NCBI GenBank assembly: GCA_041666725.1
Contig: JBAYGL010000001.1
Span: forward strand, 1-43,658
Length of the DNA stretch: 43,658 nucleotides
Source: Limisphaerales bacterium
GTDB taxonomy: Bacteria; Verrucomicrobiota; Verrucomicrobiia; Limisphaerales; SXTU01
Direction of reading: 5' to 3'
A program made the translations under genes and the position numbers. Under the pieces are notes generated by a model that saw nothing but the letters and a program-made list of their open reading frames with translations, did no database searches and was not told the origin of the DNA. Position 1 is the stretch's first letter. Each line of letters starts with the position of its first letter. This document shows, piece after piece, positions 17,036 through 25,089 of the stretch.

Positions 17036-17368
17036 ATGGCTGAAGGCAACATCATCAACGTCACGGAGACCTCGTTCGAAGCCGACGTCCTCAAGTCCGC
17101 CACCCCCGTCCTCGTGGACTTCTGGGCCGAGTGGTGCGGCCCCTGCAAGATGCTCCTGCCCGTGCTCAACGAGCTTTCCACCGAGTATGCCGGCAAGGTG
17201 AAGATCGCGAAGATCAACGTGGACCAGCACCAGCAGCTTGCCGCCAAATACGAGATTCAGAGCATCCCGGCGCTGCTCTTCTTCAAGGGCGGCCAGGTCG
17301 TTGCCCAGGTCGTCGGCGTGCGCTCCAAGAAGGATTTGAAGGCGCAGCTCGACCAGTTGGTTGCTTAA
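17036..17368 (+). CDS. trxA: thioredoxin
   Basis: ATG at 17036 (MAEGNIINVTETSF...). Canonical VDFWAEWCGPCK active site and cis-Pro region SIPALLFF. 110 aa. Confidence 0.9.
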   Translation: MAEGNIINVTETSFEADVLKSATPVLVDFWAEWCGPCKMLLPVLNELSTEYAGKVKIAKINVDQHQQLAAKYEIQSIPALLFFKGGQVVAQVVGVRSKKDLKAQLDQLVA

Positions 17369-17379
17369 GTCTCACCATC

Positions 17380-17709
17380 ATGGCTGCCGGGAATCTTATC
17401 GAAGTCTCTGAGGCTTCCTTTGAAGCTGAAGTTTTGAAGTCGGCGACGCCGGTTGTTGTGGATTTTACAAGTGCGGATTGTGGTCCTTGCAGGATGCTCA
17501 CCCCGACGCTGAACGAGTTGGCCACCGAATACGCCGGCAAGGTCAAAATTGCCAAGGTAGATGTTCATCAGAACACGGCGTTGGCTTCGCAATTTGGTGT
17601 CACCGCCATGCCGACGCTGTTGTTCATCAAAGGCGGCAAGGTCGTCGCACAAACGGTGGGATTGCGCTCCAAGAAGGACTTGAAGACGCAGCTCGACCAG
17701 ATCGTGTGA
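17380..17709 (+). CDS. thioredoxin paralogue with atypical active-site context (SADCGPCR)
   Basis: ATG at 17380 (MAAGNLIEVSEASF...). Colinear with the upstream trxA and roughly two-thirds identical by eye. CGPC is retained, but both flanking Trp residues are replaced (FWAEWC becomes FTSADC). Confidence 0.85.
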   Translation: MAAGNLIEVSEASFEAEVLKSATPVVVDFTSADCGPCRMLTPTLNELATEYAGKVKIAKVDVHQNTALASQFGVTAMPTLLFIKGGKVVAQTVGLRSKKDLKTQLDQIV

Positions 17710-17727
17710 TACGCATGGGGAGGTAAC

Positions 17728-18741
17728 ATGGCCCTCCTCATCACCCCGCGCGCCCTCGCCCACCGCGGCGAGTTCTACTACCAGCTCTCGTCGATGATCC
17801 GGGCCGGGCTGCCGCTCATCGGCGCGCTCCAGACGCTGGAAAAAAGCCCCCCCTCCTACTCCTACCGCAAGCCCGTCGCGCGGATGCTGGCGGAACTCAA
17901 GAACCGCAACACGTTCACCGGCGCCCTGGCCACCCTGGGTGACTGGCTGCCCGTCTTCGACAAGGCGCTGCTCGAAGCGGGGGAGAAGTCCGGCCGCCTC
18001 GACGAGTGTTTCCGGCTTCTTGCCAGCTACTACGAGGAGCGCGCCAAGCTCGCCCGCGAGGTCATCGGGCAGTTGATCTACCCGGTGGGCATCCTTCACT
18101 TCGCGCTGCTCATCTTTCCAGTCAGCCTGCTCGTGGAGGCGGTTTTGCGCGACCAATGGACGCCGCTCCTCCTGAACAAGGCGGCTGCCTTCGGCACCCT
18201 CTACGGGCTTGGGATCGCGCTCGTGCTGGTCAACAGCGGCTCGCGCGCGCATTGGTGGCGCGCGACGACGGAGCAGTTCCTCAGGTTTGTCCCCGTGCTT
18301 GGCAGCGCCCGCCGGAACCTCGCCATTGCGAGGCTTACTTCCGCGTTGGAGGCGCTCTTTTCGGCAGGCGTGGACATCGTGGATGCCTGGGAGCTCGCTG
18401 CTCGCGCCAGCGGCTCACCCGCCATTGCCCGCGAGGTGATGAAGTGGCGGCCGCAGGTCGAGACCGAGCAGCGGACCCCGGGGGAAATTCTCGCGGACGG
18501 GAGCGCCTTCCCCGCCATGTTCACGAGCCTCTACCGCACAGGGGAAATCAGCGGCCAGCTCGACGACACCCTCAAGCGTCTCCACGAATACAGCCGCGTC
18601 GAGGGCCACCGGCAGATGCAGATGTTCACCAAGGCCATGACCACGGGCGTCATCCTCTTGATCATGGTTGCGATCGGCTACCAGGTGGTCCTGTTCTGGA
18701 CCGACTATTTCAAGAACATCAGCAACGCGATCGGGCAGTGA
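17728..18741 (+). CDS. type II secretion / type IV pilus platform protein, GspF/PilC family (compact, 337 aa)
   Basis: GGAGG lies 7 nt upstream of the ATG. Two T2SS-F-type repeats with the diagnostic LLEAGEKSGRLDECFRLLASYYEE and LYRTGEISGQLDDTLKRLHEY segments. TM helices are present. Confidence 0.8.
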   Translation: MALLITPRALAHRGEFYYQLSSMIRAGLPLIGALQTLEKSPPSYSYRKPVARMLAELKNRNTFTGALATLGDWLPVFDKALLEAGEKSGRLDECFRLLASYYEERAKLAREVIGQLIYPVGILHFALLIFPVSLLVEAVLRDQWTPLLLNKAAAFGTLYGLGIALVLVNSGSRAHWWRATTEQFLRFVPVLGSARRNLAIARLTSALEALFSAGVDIVDAWELAARASGSPAIAREVMKWRPQVETEQRTPGEILADGSAFPAMFTSLYRTGEISGQLDDTLKRLHEYSRVEGHRQMQMFTKAMTTGVILLIMVAIGYQVVLFWTDYFKNISNAIGQ

Positions 18742-18753
18742 AGTCGATGGAGG

Positions 18754-18835
18754 GGAGCAGGATTAGGATCAGGATTACGAGCAGGAGCCGAAAGCAGGAA
18801 CCTCCTGCTCCTGATCTTGATCCTAATCCTGCTCC
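18754..18835. repeat. family E hexamer-periodic hairpin, copy 2
   Basis: Arms 18754-18787 (ggagcaggattaggatcaggattacgagcaggag) and 18802-18835 are complementary at 31 of 34 positions. It lies between the GspF-like gene and the aminotransferase gene. Confidence 0.85.
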
Positions 18836-18871
18836 TTCCCTTTTCGCCCGCGTTCAGCCTACTCTCTACCC

Positions 18872-20023
18872 ATGACCGTTTCCGAAATCCTCTCGGACGA
18901 GCGCCTCCGCCAGGACGAATTCCCCGTCTGCCGCAGCAAGGCCTACCTCGCCCACGCCGGCGTCGCGCCCCTCGCCCGCTGCGCCGCCGACGCCATCGGG
19001 CACTACGGCTTCATGGCCGCGCAGGACGATCAGGAAACGTGGCTTCCGAAGCTCCACCGCGCCGCGCGCGAGTCCGCCGCGAAGCTCCTCGTCGGCGCGC
19101 AGGCGGATGAAATCGCCTTCGTCGGCCCCACCTCGCTCGCGTTGAGCATGGTTGCCGGCGGGCTCACCTTCCGCCGCAATGACAACATCGTCATCTATCA
19201 CGACGATTTCCCATCGAACGTCTATCCGTGGATGGCGCTCGCGGCGCATGGCGTGAAGGTCCGCTACCTCAACACCCGCGAGCTGGGCCGCATCCGCCCC
19301 GTGGACGTGCTCGGCCAGGTGGATGAGAGCACACGCCTCGTCGCGCTCGCTTCGGCGCACTTCATCGCGGGCTGGCGCATTGACCTCGACGCCATCGGCA
19401 AGGCTCTCCGTCAGCGCGGCATCCTCTTCTGCGTGGACGCGATGCAGACGCTCGGCGCGTTTCCCGTGTCCGTCGCGAACGTGGACTTCCTTGCCGCTGA
19501 CGGGCACAAGTGGCTCCTCTCGCCCTGCGCCGCCGGCATCTTCTACGTGCGCAAGGAACTGCAGGACAAGCTGCGGCCCATCGCGCTCGGCTGGAACAAT
19601 GTCCGCTGCCCGAACTACACCGCGCAGGACGAACTCGCCTACCACACCGGCGCGCGACGCTTCGAGATGGGGACGCACAACGTCACCGGCATCGTCGGCC
19701 TGAAGGCTTCGATGGACATGCTTGCCGAGGTCGGCGTGGAGAACATCGCCGCCGAGCTGTTGCGCAAGCGCGCGTGGCTCGTGCCCGCGTTGCAGGCCAA
19801 AGGCTGGACCGTCCTCAATGCCGCCGCTCCGCCGGAGAATTGCGCGGGCATCATCAGCATCACGCGGGATGACGTGGATATGGTCGCCGTCCACGCCCGC
19901 CTCACCGAAGCCGGCGTCATCACGTCGTTGCGTGCGGACCGTTCGGGCAAGAATTACATCCGCCTCTCGCCGCACTTCTACAACACGGATGCGGAGCTGA
20001 ATCGCGCGGTGGAACTGCTGTGA
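18872..20023 (+). CDS. class V aminotransferase-fold PLP-dependent enzyme
   Basis: PLP-lysine context FLAADGHKWLLSP. Size (383 aa) and layout are typical of the cysteine desulfurase / SufS-CsdA-like fold. The specific activity is not assignable. Confidence 0.8.
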   Translation: MTVSEILSDERLRQDEFPVCRSKAYLAHAGVAPLARCAADAIGHYGFMAAQDDQETWLPKLHRAARESAAKLLVGAQADEIAFVGPTSLALSMVAGGLTFRRNDNIVIYHDDFPSNVYPWMALAAHGVKVRYLNTRELGRIRPVDVLGQVDESTRLVALASAHFIAGWRIDLDAIGKALRQRGILFCVDAMQTLGAFPVSVANVDFLAADGHKWLLSPCAAGIFYVRKELQDKLRPIALGWNNVRCPNYTAQDELAYHTGARRFEMGTHNVTGIVGLKASMDMLAEVGVENIAAELLRKRAWLVPALQAKGWTVLNAAAPPENCAGIISITRDDVDMVAVHARLTEAGVITSLRADRSGKNYIRLSPHFYNTDAELNRAVELL

Positions 20024-20032
20024 GCCGTTTTT

Positions 20033-20102
20033 GTAGGAGACGACGTGAGGAGTCTCACTTGTTTCTCGGGGAAAGTGAGAGACTCCTCACGTCGTCTCCT
20101 AC
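20033..20102. repeat. family C palindromic element (GTAGGAGACGACGTGAGGAGTCTC...), copy 1
   Basis: gtaggagacgacgtgaggagtctcactt ... aagtgagagactcctcacgtcgtctcctac. Near-perfect ~28-bp arms with a 2-nt bulge. It starts 10 nt after the aminotransferase stop. Confidence 0.9.
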
Positions 20103-20195
20103 CACGGGACGCGCGACCCTGCCTTGGGTCAGCAGCAGTTCGAGCGCGCCCTGACGAACTCACGGAACACGCATTACTCATTACCCTCTCCTTCC

Positions 20196-20987
20196 ATGAC
20201 CATCAAAGACACCGAGTTCGCCGACATTCCCACGCCGGACGGCCCGATGCGCACCTACGTCTTCCGCCCCGCGGCTGAGGGCAAGTATCCCGGCATCCTG
20301 CTCTACTCTGAGATTTTCCAAGTCACCGGTCCCATCCGCCGCACCGCCGCGTTGCTGGCGGGCCACGGCTTCATCGTCGCCGTGCCGGAGATTTACCACG
20401 AGTTTCTCCCTGCCGGCACCGTGCTCGCCTACGACCAGGCTGGTGCGGACAAGGGCAACGAGTTGAAGACCACCAAGGAGCTGGCCAGCTACGACACGGA
20501 CTCCCGCGCCGTGCTGGACTTCCTCCGCGCGCATCCGCTCTGCACGGGCAGGCTCGGCGTGATGGGCATCTGCATCGGCGGACACCTGAGTTTCCGCGCG
20601 AGCATGAACCCCGGCGTGCTGGCCGGCGTGTGCTTCTACGCGACGGACATCCACAAGCGCGGCCTCGGCAAAGGCAAGTGCGACAACACGCTCGACCGCG
20701 TCCCGGAACTCACCGCCGAGATGCTGATGATCTGGGGCCGCCAGGACCCGCACGTCCCGCGCGAAGGCCGCGCGCTGCTCCACAACGCGATGGCCGACGC
20801 GAACCTGAACTTCACCTGGCACGAGTTCAACGGCCAGCACGCCTTCCTCCGCGACGAAGGCCACCGCTACGACCCCGCGCTCGCGCTCACCTGCTACGGC
20901 CTCGTCGTCGAACTTTTCAAGCGCAAGCTCGGCGAAGGCGATTTGCCTGCGAAGGTTGCAGGCGGCCCGGCGGAGTCGAAGCACTGA
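20196..20987 (+). CDS. dienelactone hydrolase family protein
   Basis: I prefer the ATG at 20196 (MTIKDTEFADIPTPDGPMRTYVFRP). Nucleophile elbow with Cys (VMGICIGGH) and C-terminal FNGQHAF. 263 aa. Confidence 0.85.
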   Translation: MTIKDTEFADIPTPDGPMRTYVFRPAAEGKYPGILLYSEIFQVTGPIRRTAALLAGHGFIVAVPEIYHEFLPAGTVLAYDQAGADKGNELKTTKELASYDTDSRAVLDFLRAHPLCTGRLGVMGICIGGHLSFRASMNPGVLAGVCFYATDIHKRGLGKGKCDNTLDRVPELTAEMLMIWGRQDPHVPREGRALLHNAMADANLNFTWHEFNGQHAFLRDEGHRYDPALALTCYGLVVELFKRKLGEGDLPAKVAGGPAESKH

Positions 20988-20996
20988 CCGAATCTC

Positions 20997-21088
20997 GTAG
21001 GAGACGACGTGAGGAGTCTCTGACTAACGCGGAACGCGGAAGCCGGAACGCGGAGCAAAAATTAGAAACTCCTCGCGTTGTCTCCTGC
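20997..21088. repeat. family C palindromic element, copy 2 (right arm degenerate, loop with GGAACGCGGA repeats)
   Basis: Left arm 20997-21020 is identical to the copy 1 head. The right arm 21065-21088 (gaaactcctcgcgttgtctcctgc) carries about 5 mismatches. Confidence 0.75.
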
Positions 21089-21139
21089 CCGATGAAACTC
21101 GCGGCTTCCCGCAGGGGTGTGAGACGGTAGATTTCTCCC

Positions 21140-22774
21140 ATGTCCAAGTCACTGCTCCACGACTTGCTTTGCCCGCTCGCTGCGTGCGTCGCCAGCTGCG
21201 CCGCCGCGCAGACCGTCCCCGTCTATGGCGACATCACGGACGCCGCGACGGGGAAGCCCGTCGCCGCGCGGCTTTACTTGCGCGGTGATGCGGACGGCAA
21301 GTGGCATTTCCCCAAGTCCGTCCCGCCGTTCGGCTCCGCCGTGCGCTACGAGCGCAAGAGCGGGTTCAACACGAACTGCGTCGAGTTCCACACCACGCTC
21401 TCGGCTCACCAGTGGGTCGCGGAGCTGCCGCCGGGGCGCTACACCGCCGTCGTGGAGCGCGGGAAGGAGTATCTGCCGCTGACGAATCGCTTCACGGTCG
21501 CGGGCAAGCCGGTCGAGGTGAAGCTGCCGCTCAAACGCTGGGTGAACATGGCCGGGCGCGGGTGGTTCAGCGGCGACGCCCACAACCATCGCGCGCCCGC
21601 CGAACTGGAATCCGCCATGCTCGCCGAGGACGTGAACGTCGCGCTGCCGATGATCGACTGGACCACGGTGGACACCGTGCCGCCCGCGCTCAGTGACAAG
21701 AACATGAAGGGTAACTTCGGCGCGAAACCGGTCGTGGTGGACCCGACGCATGTTTGGTTCCCGCGCAACACGGAATACGAAATCTTCCGCTCGGGCGGAA
21801 AGGTCCACACGCTCGGCGCGTTGCTCGTCGTCGGGCACAAGGAGCGCTCCGACATCCCCGTGTTCCCGCTGCGGCGTGTGTCCGAGCGCGCGCACGCGGA
21901 GGGTGGGCTGATTGACCTGGAGAAGCACAACTGGCCGTGGTCCGTGGCCATCGTGCCGGTGCTCAAGCCGGACCTCTTCGAGCTGGCGAACAACCACCAC
22001 TGGCGCGTCGAGTATGGCGTGCGCAACTGGGCGGTGCCTGCGCCGAAGTGGATGAAGCTCGCCGAGCGCGGACTGGGCAATGGCACCGGCACGGACACGG
22101 AACTGGCGTGGACGCACTACGGCTTTGAGACCTACTACGCGCTGCTGAACTGCGGCTTCCGCCTCAAGCCCACGGCGGGCACGGCGAACGGGGTGCATCC
22201 CGTGCCGCTGGGTTTCAGCCGAGTGTATGTGCATTGCGAAGGCGGCTTCAGCTACGAGAAGTGGATGAAGGGGCTGGGGGAGGGGAAGAGTTTTGTGACG
22301 ACGGGACCGATGCTCATTGCGAAGGTGAACGGGCAGCAGTCCGGTCAAATCTTGAAGCTAGGGACTGCAGCGAAGCGAAAGCTCAAGGTGGACGTGGAAG
22401 CCGCGGCTTCAGAGCCGCTCAATCCGGTTGAAGTCATCGTCAACGGCGAACGCAAAATGACAATGTGGTGGTTTAACCGCCAACTTCACCAAGGAATCGG
22501 AAGTGTGGAAATTGAGATGGAGAATTCCGGTTGGGTCGCCTTGCGTTGCTTCCAGAAACAGCCCGATGGCCGCGTCCGCTTCGCCCACACCGCGCCGTGG
22601 TGGGTGGAAATCGAGGGCAAGCCGCTCCGGCCCCGGCGCGAGCAGGCGGACTGGTTCGTCCAGCGCACCGAGGAGGAAATCGCCCGCAACACCGGCGTCC
22701 TCCCGGCGGAGGCCCTGGCCGAATTCCACGAAGCCCTCGCCGCGTGGAAGAAAATCCAGGCGACGGCTCGGTGA
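21140..22774 (+). CDS. secreted hypothetical protein, possibly a PHP/CehA-McbA-like metallohydrolase
   Basis: Signal-peptide-like N-terminus (LLCPLAACVASCAAAQ), an N-terminal beta-sandwich-like region, then SGDAHNHR, resembling the first PHP HxH motif. The function call is weak. Confidence 0.5.
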   Translation: MSKSLLHDLLCPLAACVASCAAAQTVPVYGDITDAATGKPVAARLYLRGDADGKWHFPKSVPPFGSAVRYERKSGFNTNCVEFHTTLSAHQWVAELPPGRYTAVVERGKEYLPLTNRFTVAGKPVEVKLPLKRWVNMAGRGWFSGDAHNHRAPAELESAMLAEDVNVALPMIDWTTVDTVPPALSDKNMKGNFGAKPVVVDPTHVWFPRNTEYEIFRSGGKVHTLGALLVVGHKERSDIPVFPLRRVSERAHAEGGLIDLEKHNWPWSVAIVPVLKPDLFELANNHHWRVEYGVRNWAVPAPKWMKLAERGLGNGTGTDTELAWTHYGFETYYALLNCGFRLKPTAGTANGVHPVPLGFSRVYVHCEGGFSYEKWMKGLGEGKSFVTTGPMLIAKVNGQQSGQILKLGTAAKRKLKVDVEAAASEPLNPVEVIVNGERKMTMWWFNRQLHQGIGSVEIEMENSGWVALRCFQKQPDGRVRFAHTAPWWVEIEGKPLRPRREQADWFVQRTEEEIARNTGVLPAEALAEFHEALAAWKKIQATAR

Positions 22775-22785
22775 GCCGGGTGCCG

Positions 22786-23121
22786 GTAGGGCGAGACTCC
22801 GTCGAGCCCCATTGCGAGCGCAGCGAGGCGAGCAGAGCGAGCATCTCCCATCCGGCCTGCCCTTCCCTGAGCCAATGCAGCAGTTGAAGGCCGCACTACT
22901 TTAACGCAGAGACGCGGAGAACGCAGAGGAACGCAGAGTTCGGCCGAACATGCCGGTTCATTCCTGGGTCTCCTCGCCGGTCGCTTCTCTGCGAAGCTTT
23001 GCGTTCTCCGCGTCTCTGCGTTGAGAATGCGCGCTCTATTTCCTACCGCGTCGCTGGCTGAGATGCTCGCTTCGCTCGCACCGCTGCGCGGTTTCGACGG
23101 CTCGACGGAGTCTCGCCCTAC
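22786..23121. repeat. family A palindromic element, intergenic copy with a foreign palindrome nested in its loop
   Basis: The ~60-nt arms 22786-22847 (gtagggcgagactccgtcgagcccc...gagcgagcatctc) and 23060-23121 (gagatgctcgc...ggctcgacggagtctcgccctac) are complementary. The 212-nt centre carries family F. Confidence 0.85.
22903..23022. repeat. family F palindromic element (AACGCAGAGACGCGGAGAACGC...)
   Basis: Perfect 22-bp inverted repeat 22903-22924 / 23001-23022 with internal ~9-nt periodicity (aacgcagag / acgcggag / aacgcagag). Confidence 0.85.
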
Positions 23122-23252
23122 CGGGCTTGGTCGGCACAGTTTGCTGAAAATTTCTTTGAACAATTGGCTCAAACTTTGTCTAAATCGCCGGAAACCTTGA
23201 CAGGCCATGCACAATACGCGCCGTCACATGACCGGGCAGCCGGAGCAGCCAC

Positions 23253-24200
23253 ATGATTAAAGTCGAAAATCTGACCAAGACGTTCGGGCCGAAGGTGGCC
23301 GTGAACGACGTTTCTTTCACCGTCGAGCGCGGCGAGGTGCTGGGCTTCCTCGGGCCAAACGGCGCGGGCAAGTCCACCACCATGCGCATGGTCACGGGCT
23401 TCCTCCCGCCCACCGCCGGACGCGTCACCATCGGCACGCACGACATGCTGGAAGACCCCGTGCCGGCCAAGCGCCTCATCGGCTACCTGCCGGAGTCCGC
23501 GCCGTGCTACAGCGACATGACGGTGATTGGCTTCCTGTCGTTTGCCGCCGAGATTCGCGGCCTGCGCGGCGACGCCATCAAGAAGGCGGTGCATCGCGCG
23601 GTCGAAATGTGCTTCCTCGAAAACGTCCTGCACCAGAGCGTGGACACGCTCTCCAAGGGCTACCGCCACCGCACCTGCTTCGCGCAGTCCATCATCCACG
23701 ACCCGGAAATCCTCGTCATGGACGAGCCGACCGACGGCTTGGACCCGAACCAGAAGCACGAAATCCGGCAGCTCATCAAGCGCATGGGCGAGAAGAAGGC
23801 CATCATCTTCAGCACGCACATCCTCGAAGAAGTCGAGGCCGCCTGCACGCGGGCCATCATCATTGACCTTGGCAAGGTCGTCGCCAACGGCACGCCGCAG
23901 GAACTCAAGCGCAAGGCCCCGAATGCCGGCGCGATCCTGCTGCGCGTCAGCGGCGTCGCCGCCGAGGCTGTGACTGGCAAGCTCCGCGCGGTGGACGGCG
24001 CAGATCGCGTGCAGCTTGTGAAGGAAGAGAACGGCACCGTGACGGCACGGATCTTCCCGAAGTCGTCGTCGAACGGCGAGTTCAGCAAGGCCGTCGGTGC
24101 CGCCGCACAAGGCTGGCGTGTCGAGGAGCTGCACATCGAGGAAGGCAAGCTGGACGAGTATTTCCGCAGCATCACCGCGTCGGACACCTTGAAGAAGTAG
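23253..24200 (+). CDS. ABC transporter ATP-binding protein (ABC-2 / GldA-like)
   Basis: Walker A GPNGAGKSTT, signature LSKGYRHR, Walker B ILVMDEPTDGLD, H-loop FSTHIL. Confidence 0.9.
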   Translation: MIKVENLTKTFGPKVAVNDVSFTVERGEVLGFLGPNGAGKSTTMRMVTGFLPPTAGRVTIGTHDMLEDPVPAKRLIGYLPESAPCYSDMTVIGFLSFAAEIRGLRGDAIKKAVHRAVEMCFLENVLHQSVDTLSKGYRHRTCFAQSIIHDPEILVMDEPTDGLDPNQKHEIRQLIKRMGEKKAIIFSTHILEEVEAACTRAIIIDLGKVVANGTPQELKRKAPNAGAILLRVSGVAAEAVTGKLRAVDGADRVQLVKEENGTVTARIFPKSSSNGEFSKAVGAAAQGWRVEELHIEEGKLDEYFRSITASDTLKK

Positions 24201-24224
24201 GGCGGTTCGGAACCACTTTTTACC

Positions 24225-24974
24225 ATGAGCAATTCACTGGGCAACATCACCACCATCGCGAAGCGCGAACTGAGCGCTTACTTCGCGTCGCCGGTGGCTT
24301 ACGTGTTCATCGTCATCTTCCTCCTGCTGACCGGGTTCTTCACCTTCATGGTCGGCGGGTTCTTCGAGCGGAACGAGGCGAACCTCGTCTCGTTCTTCCT
24401 CTGGCATCCGTGGCTGTATCTCTTCCTCGTGCCGGCCGTCGGCATGCGCGTGTGGTCGGAGGAGCGGCGGCAGGGCACGATTGAATTGCTGATGACCATG
24501 CCCATCACTCCGTGGCAGGCCATCATGGGCAAGTTCCTCGCGAGCTGGGCGTTTCTCGCGCTGGCGCTGGTCCTCACGTTCCCCGTGGTGGTGACGGTGA
24601 AGTATCTCGGCAACCCGGACCTCGGCGTCATCGCGGGCAGCTACATCGGGAGCTTCCTGCTCGCGGGCGCTTACCTGGCCATCACCTGCCTGACTTCCGC
24701 GCTGACCCGCAACCAGGTCATCGCCTTCATCATCTCGGTGGTCATCTGCCTCTTCCTCATCCTCGCGGGCTGGCCGCCGGTGACGAGCATCCTGACGAAG
24801 GCCCTGCCGGACAACCGCTGGATTGTCGAGCTGGTCTCGGCCTTCAGCGTGATGACGCACTTCGAGGACTTCCAGCGCGGCGTGGTGGACTCGCGGCACC
24901 TGCTGTTCTTCCTGTCGGTGATTGGCTTCTCGCTCTTCAGCACCAGCGTCGCGCTGCGCAGCCTGCGGTCCTAA
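24225..24974 (+). CDS. ABC-2 family transporter permease (GldF-like)
   Basis: About six hydrophobic segments, an N-terminal RELSAYFASPVAYVF motif typical of ABC-2 permeases, and the operon position after the ATPase. Confidence 0.85.
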   Translation: MSNSLGNITTIAKRELSAYFASPVAYVFIVIFLLLTGFFTFMVGGFFERNEANLVSFFLWHPWLYLFLVPAVGMRVWSEERRQGTIELLMTMPITPWQAIMGKFLASWAFLALALVLTFPVVVTVKYLGNPDLGVIAGSYIGSFLLAGAYLAITCLTSALTRNQVIAFIISVVICLFLILAGWPPVTSILTKALPDNRWIVELVSAFSVMTHFEDFQRGVVDSRHLLFFLSVIGFSLFSTSVALRSLRS

Positions 24975-24981
24975 GACAACG

Positions 24982-25073
24982 AACCACTGACCTGCACTAA
25001 TGGACACTAATCCGAACCAAGTTCCGACCTGCTGGCCTCTCCCATTAGTGCCAGTCAGTGCAGGTTAGTGGTT
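24982..25073. repeat. family H palindromic element (AACCACTGACCTGCACTAAT...)
   Basis: Arms 24982-25011 and 25044-25073 are imperfectly complementary. It lies between the permease and the GldG-like gene. Confidence 0.75.
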
Positions 25074-25089
25074 TGAAAACTTTCCGAGC

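Noticed and set aside
22863-22876. The 14-mer ttccctgagccaat is shared between 22863-22876 and the prc terminator (41450-41463), and tccctgagcc also occurs at 15918-15927.
   Set aside because: Only the 41439-41460 copy forms a hairpin. The others lack a complementary partner, so there is too little to define a family.
22486-23214. ORFs spanning the 22775-23252 spacer (22486..23214(-), 22473..22844(-), 22503..22904(+)) and 43277..43588(+).
   Set aside because: They are composed almost entirely of palindromic repeat sequence, for example the GRDSVEP / LDGVSPY-type peptides that also appear from the opposite strand. No coding signal is present.
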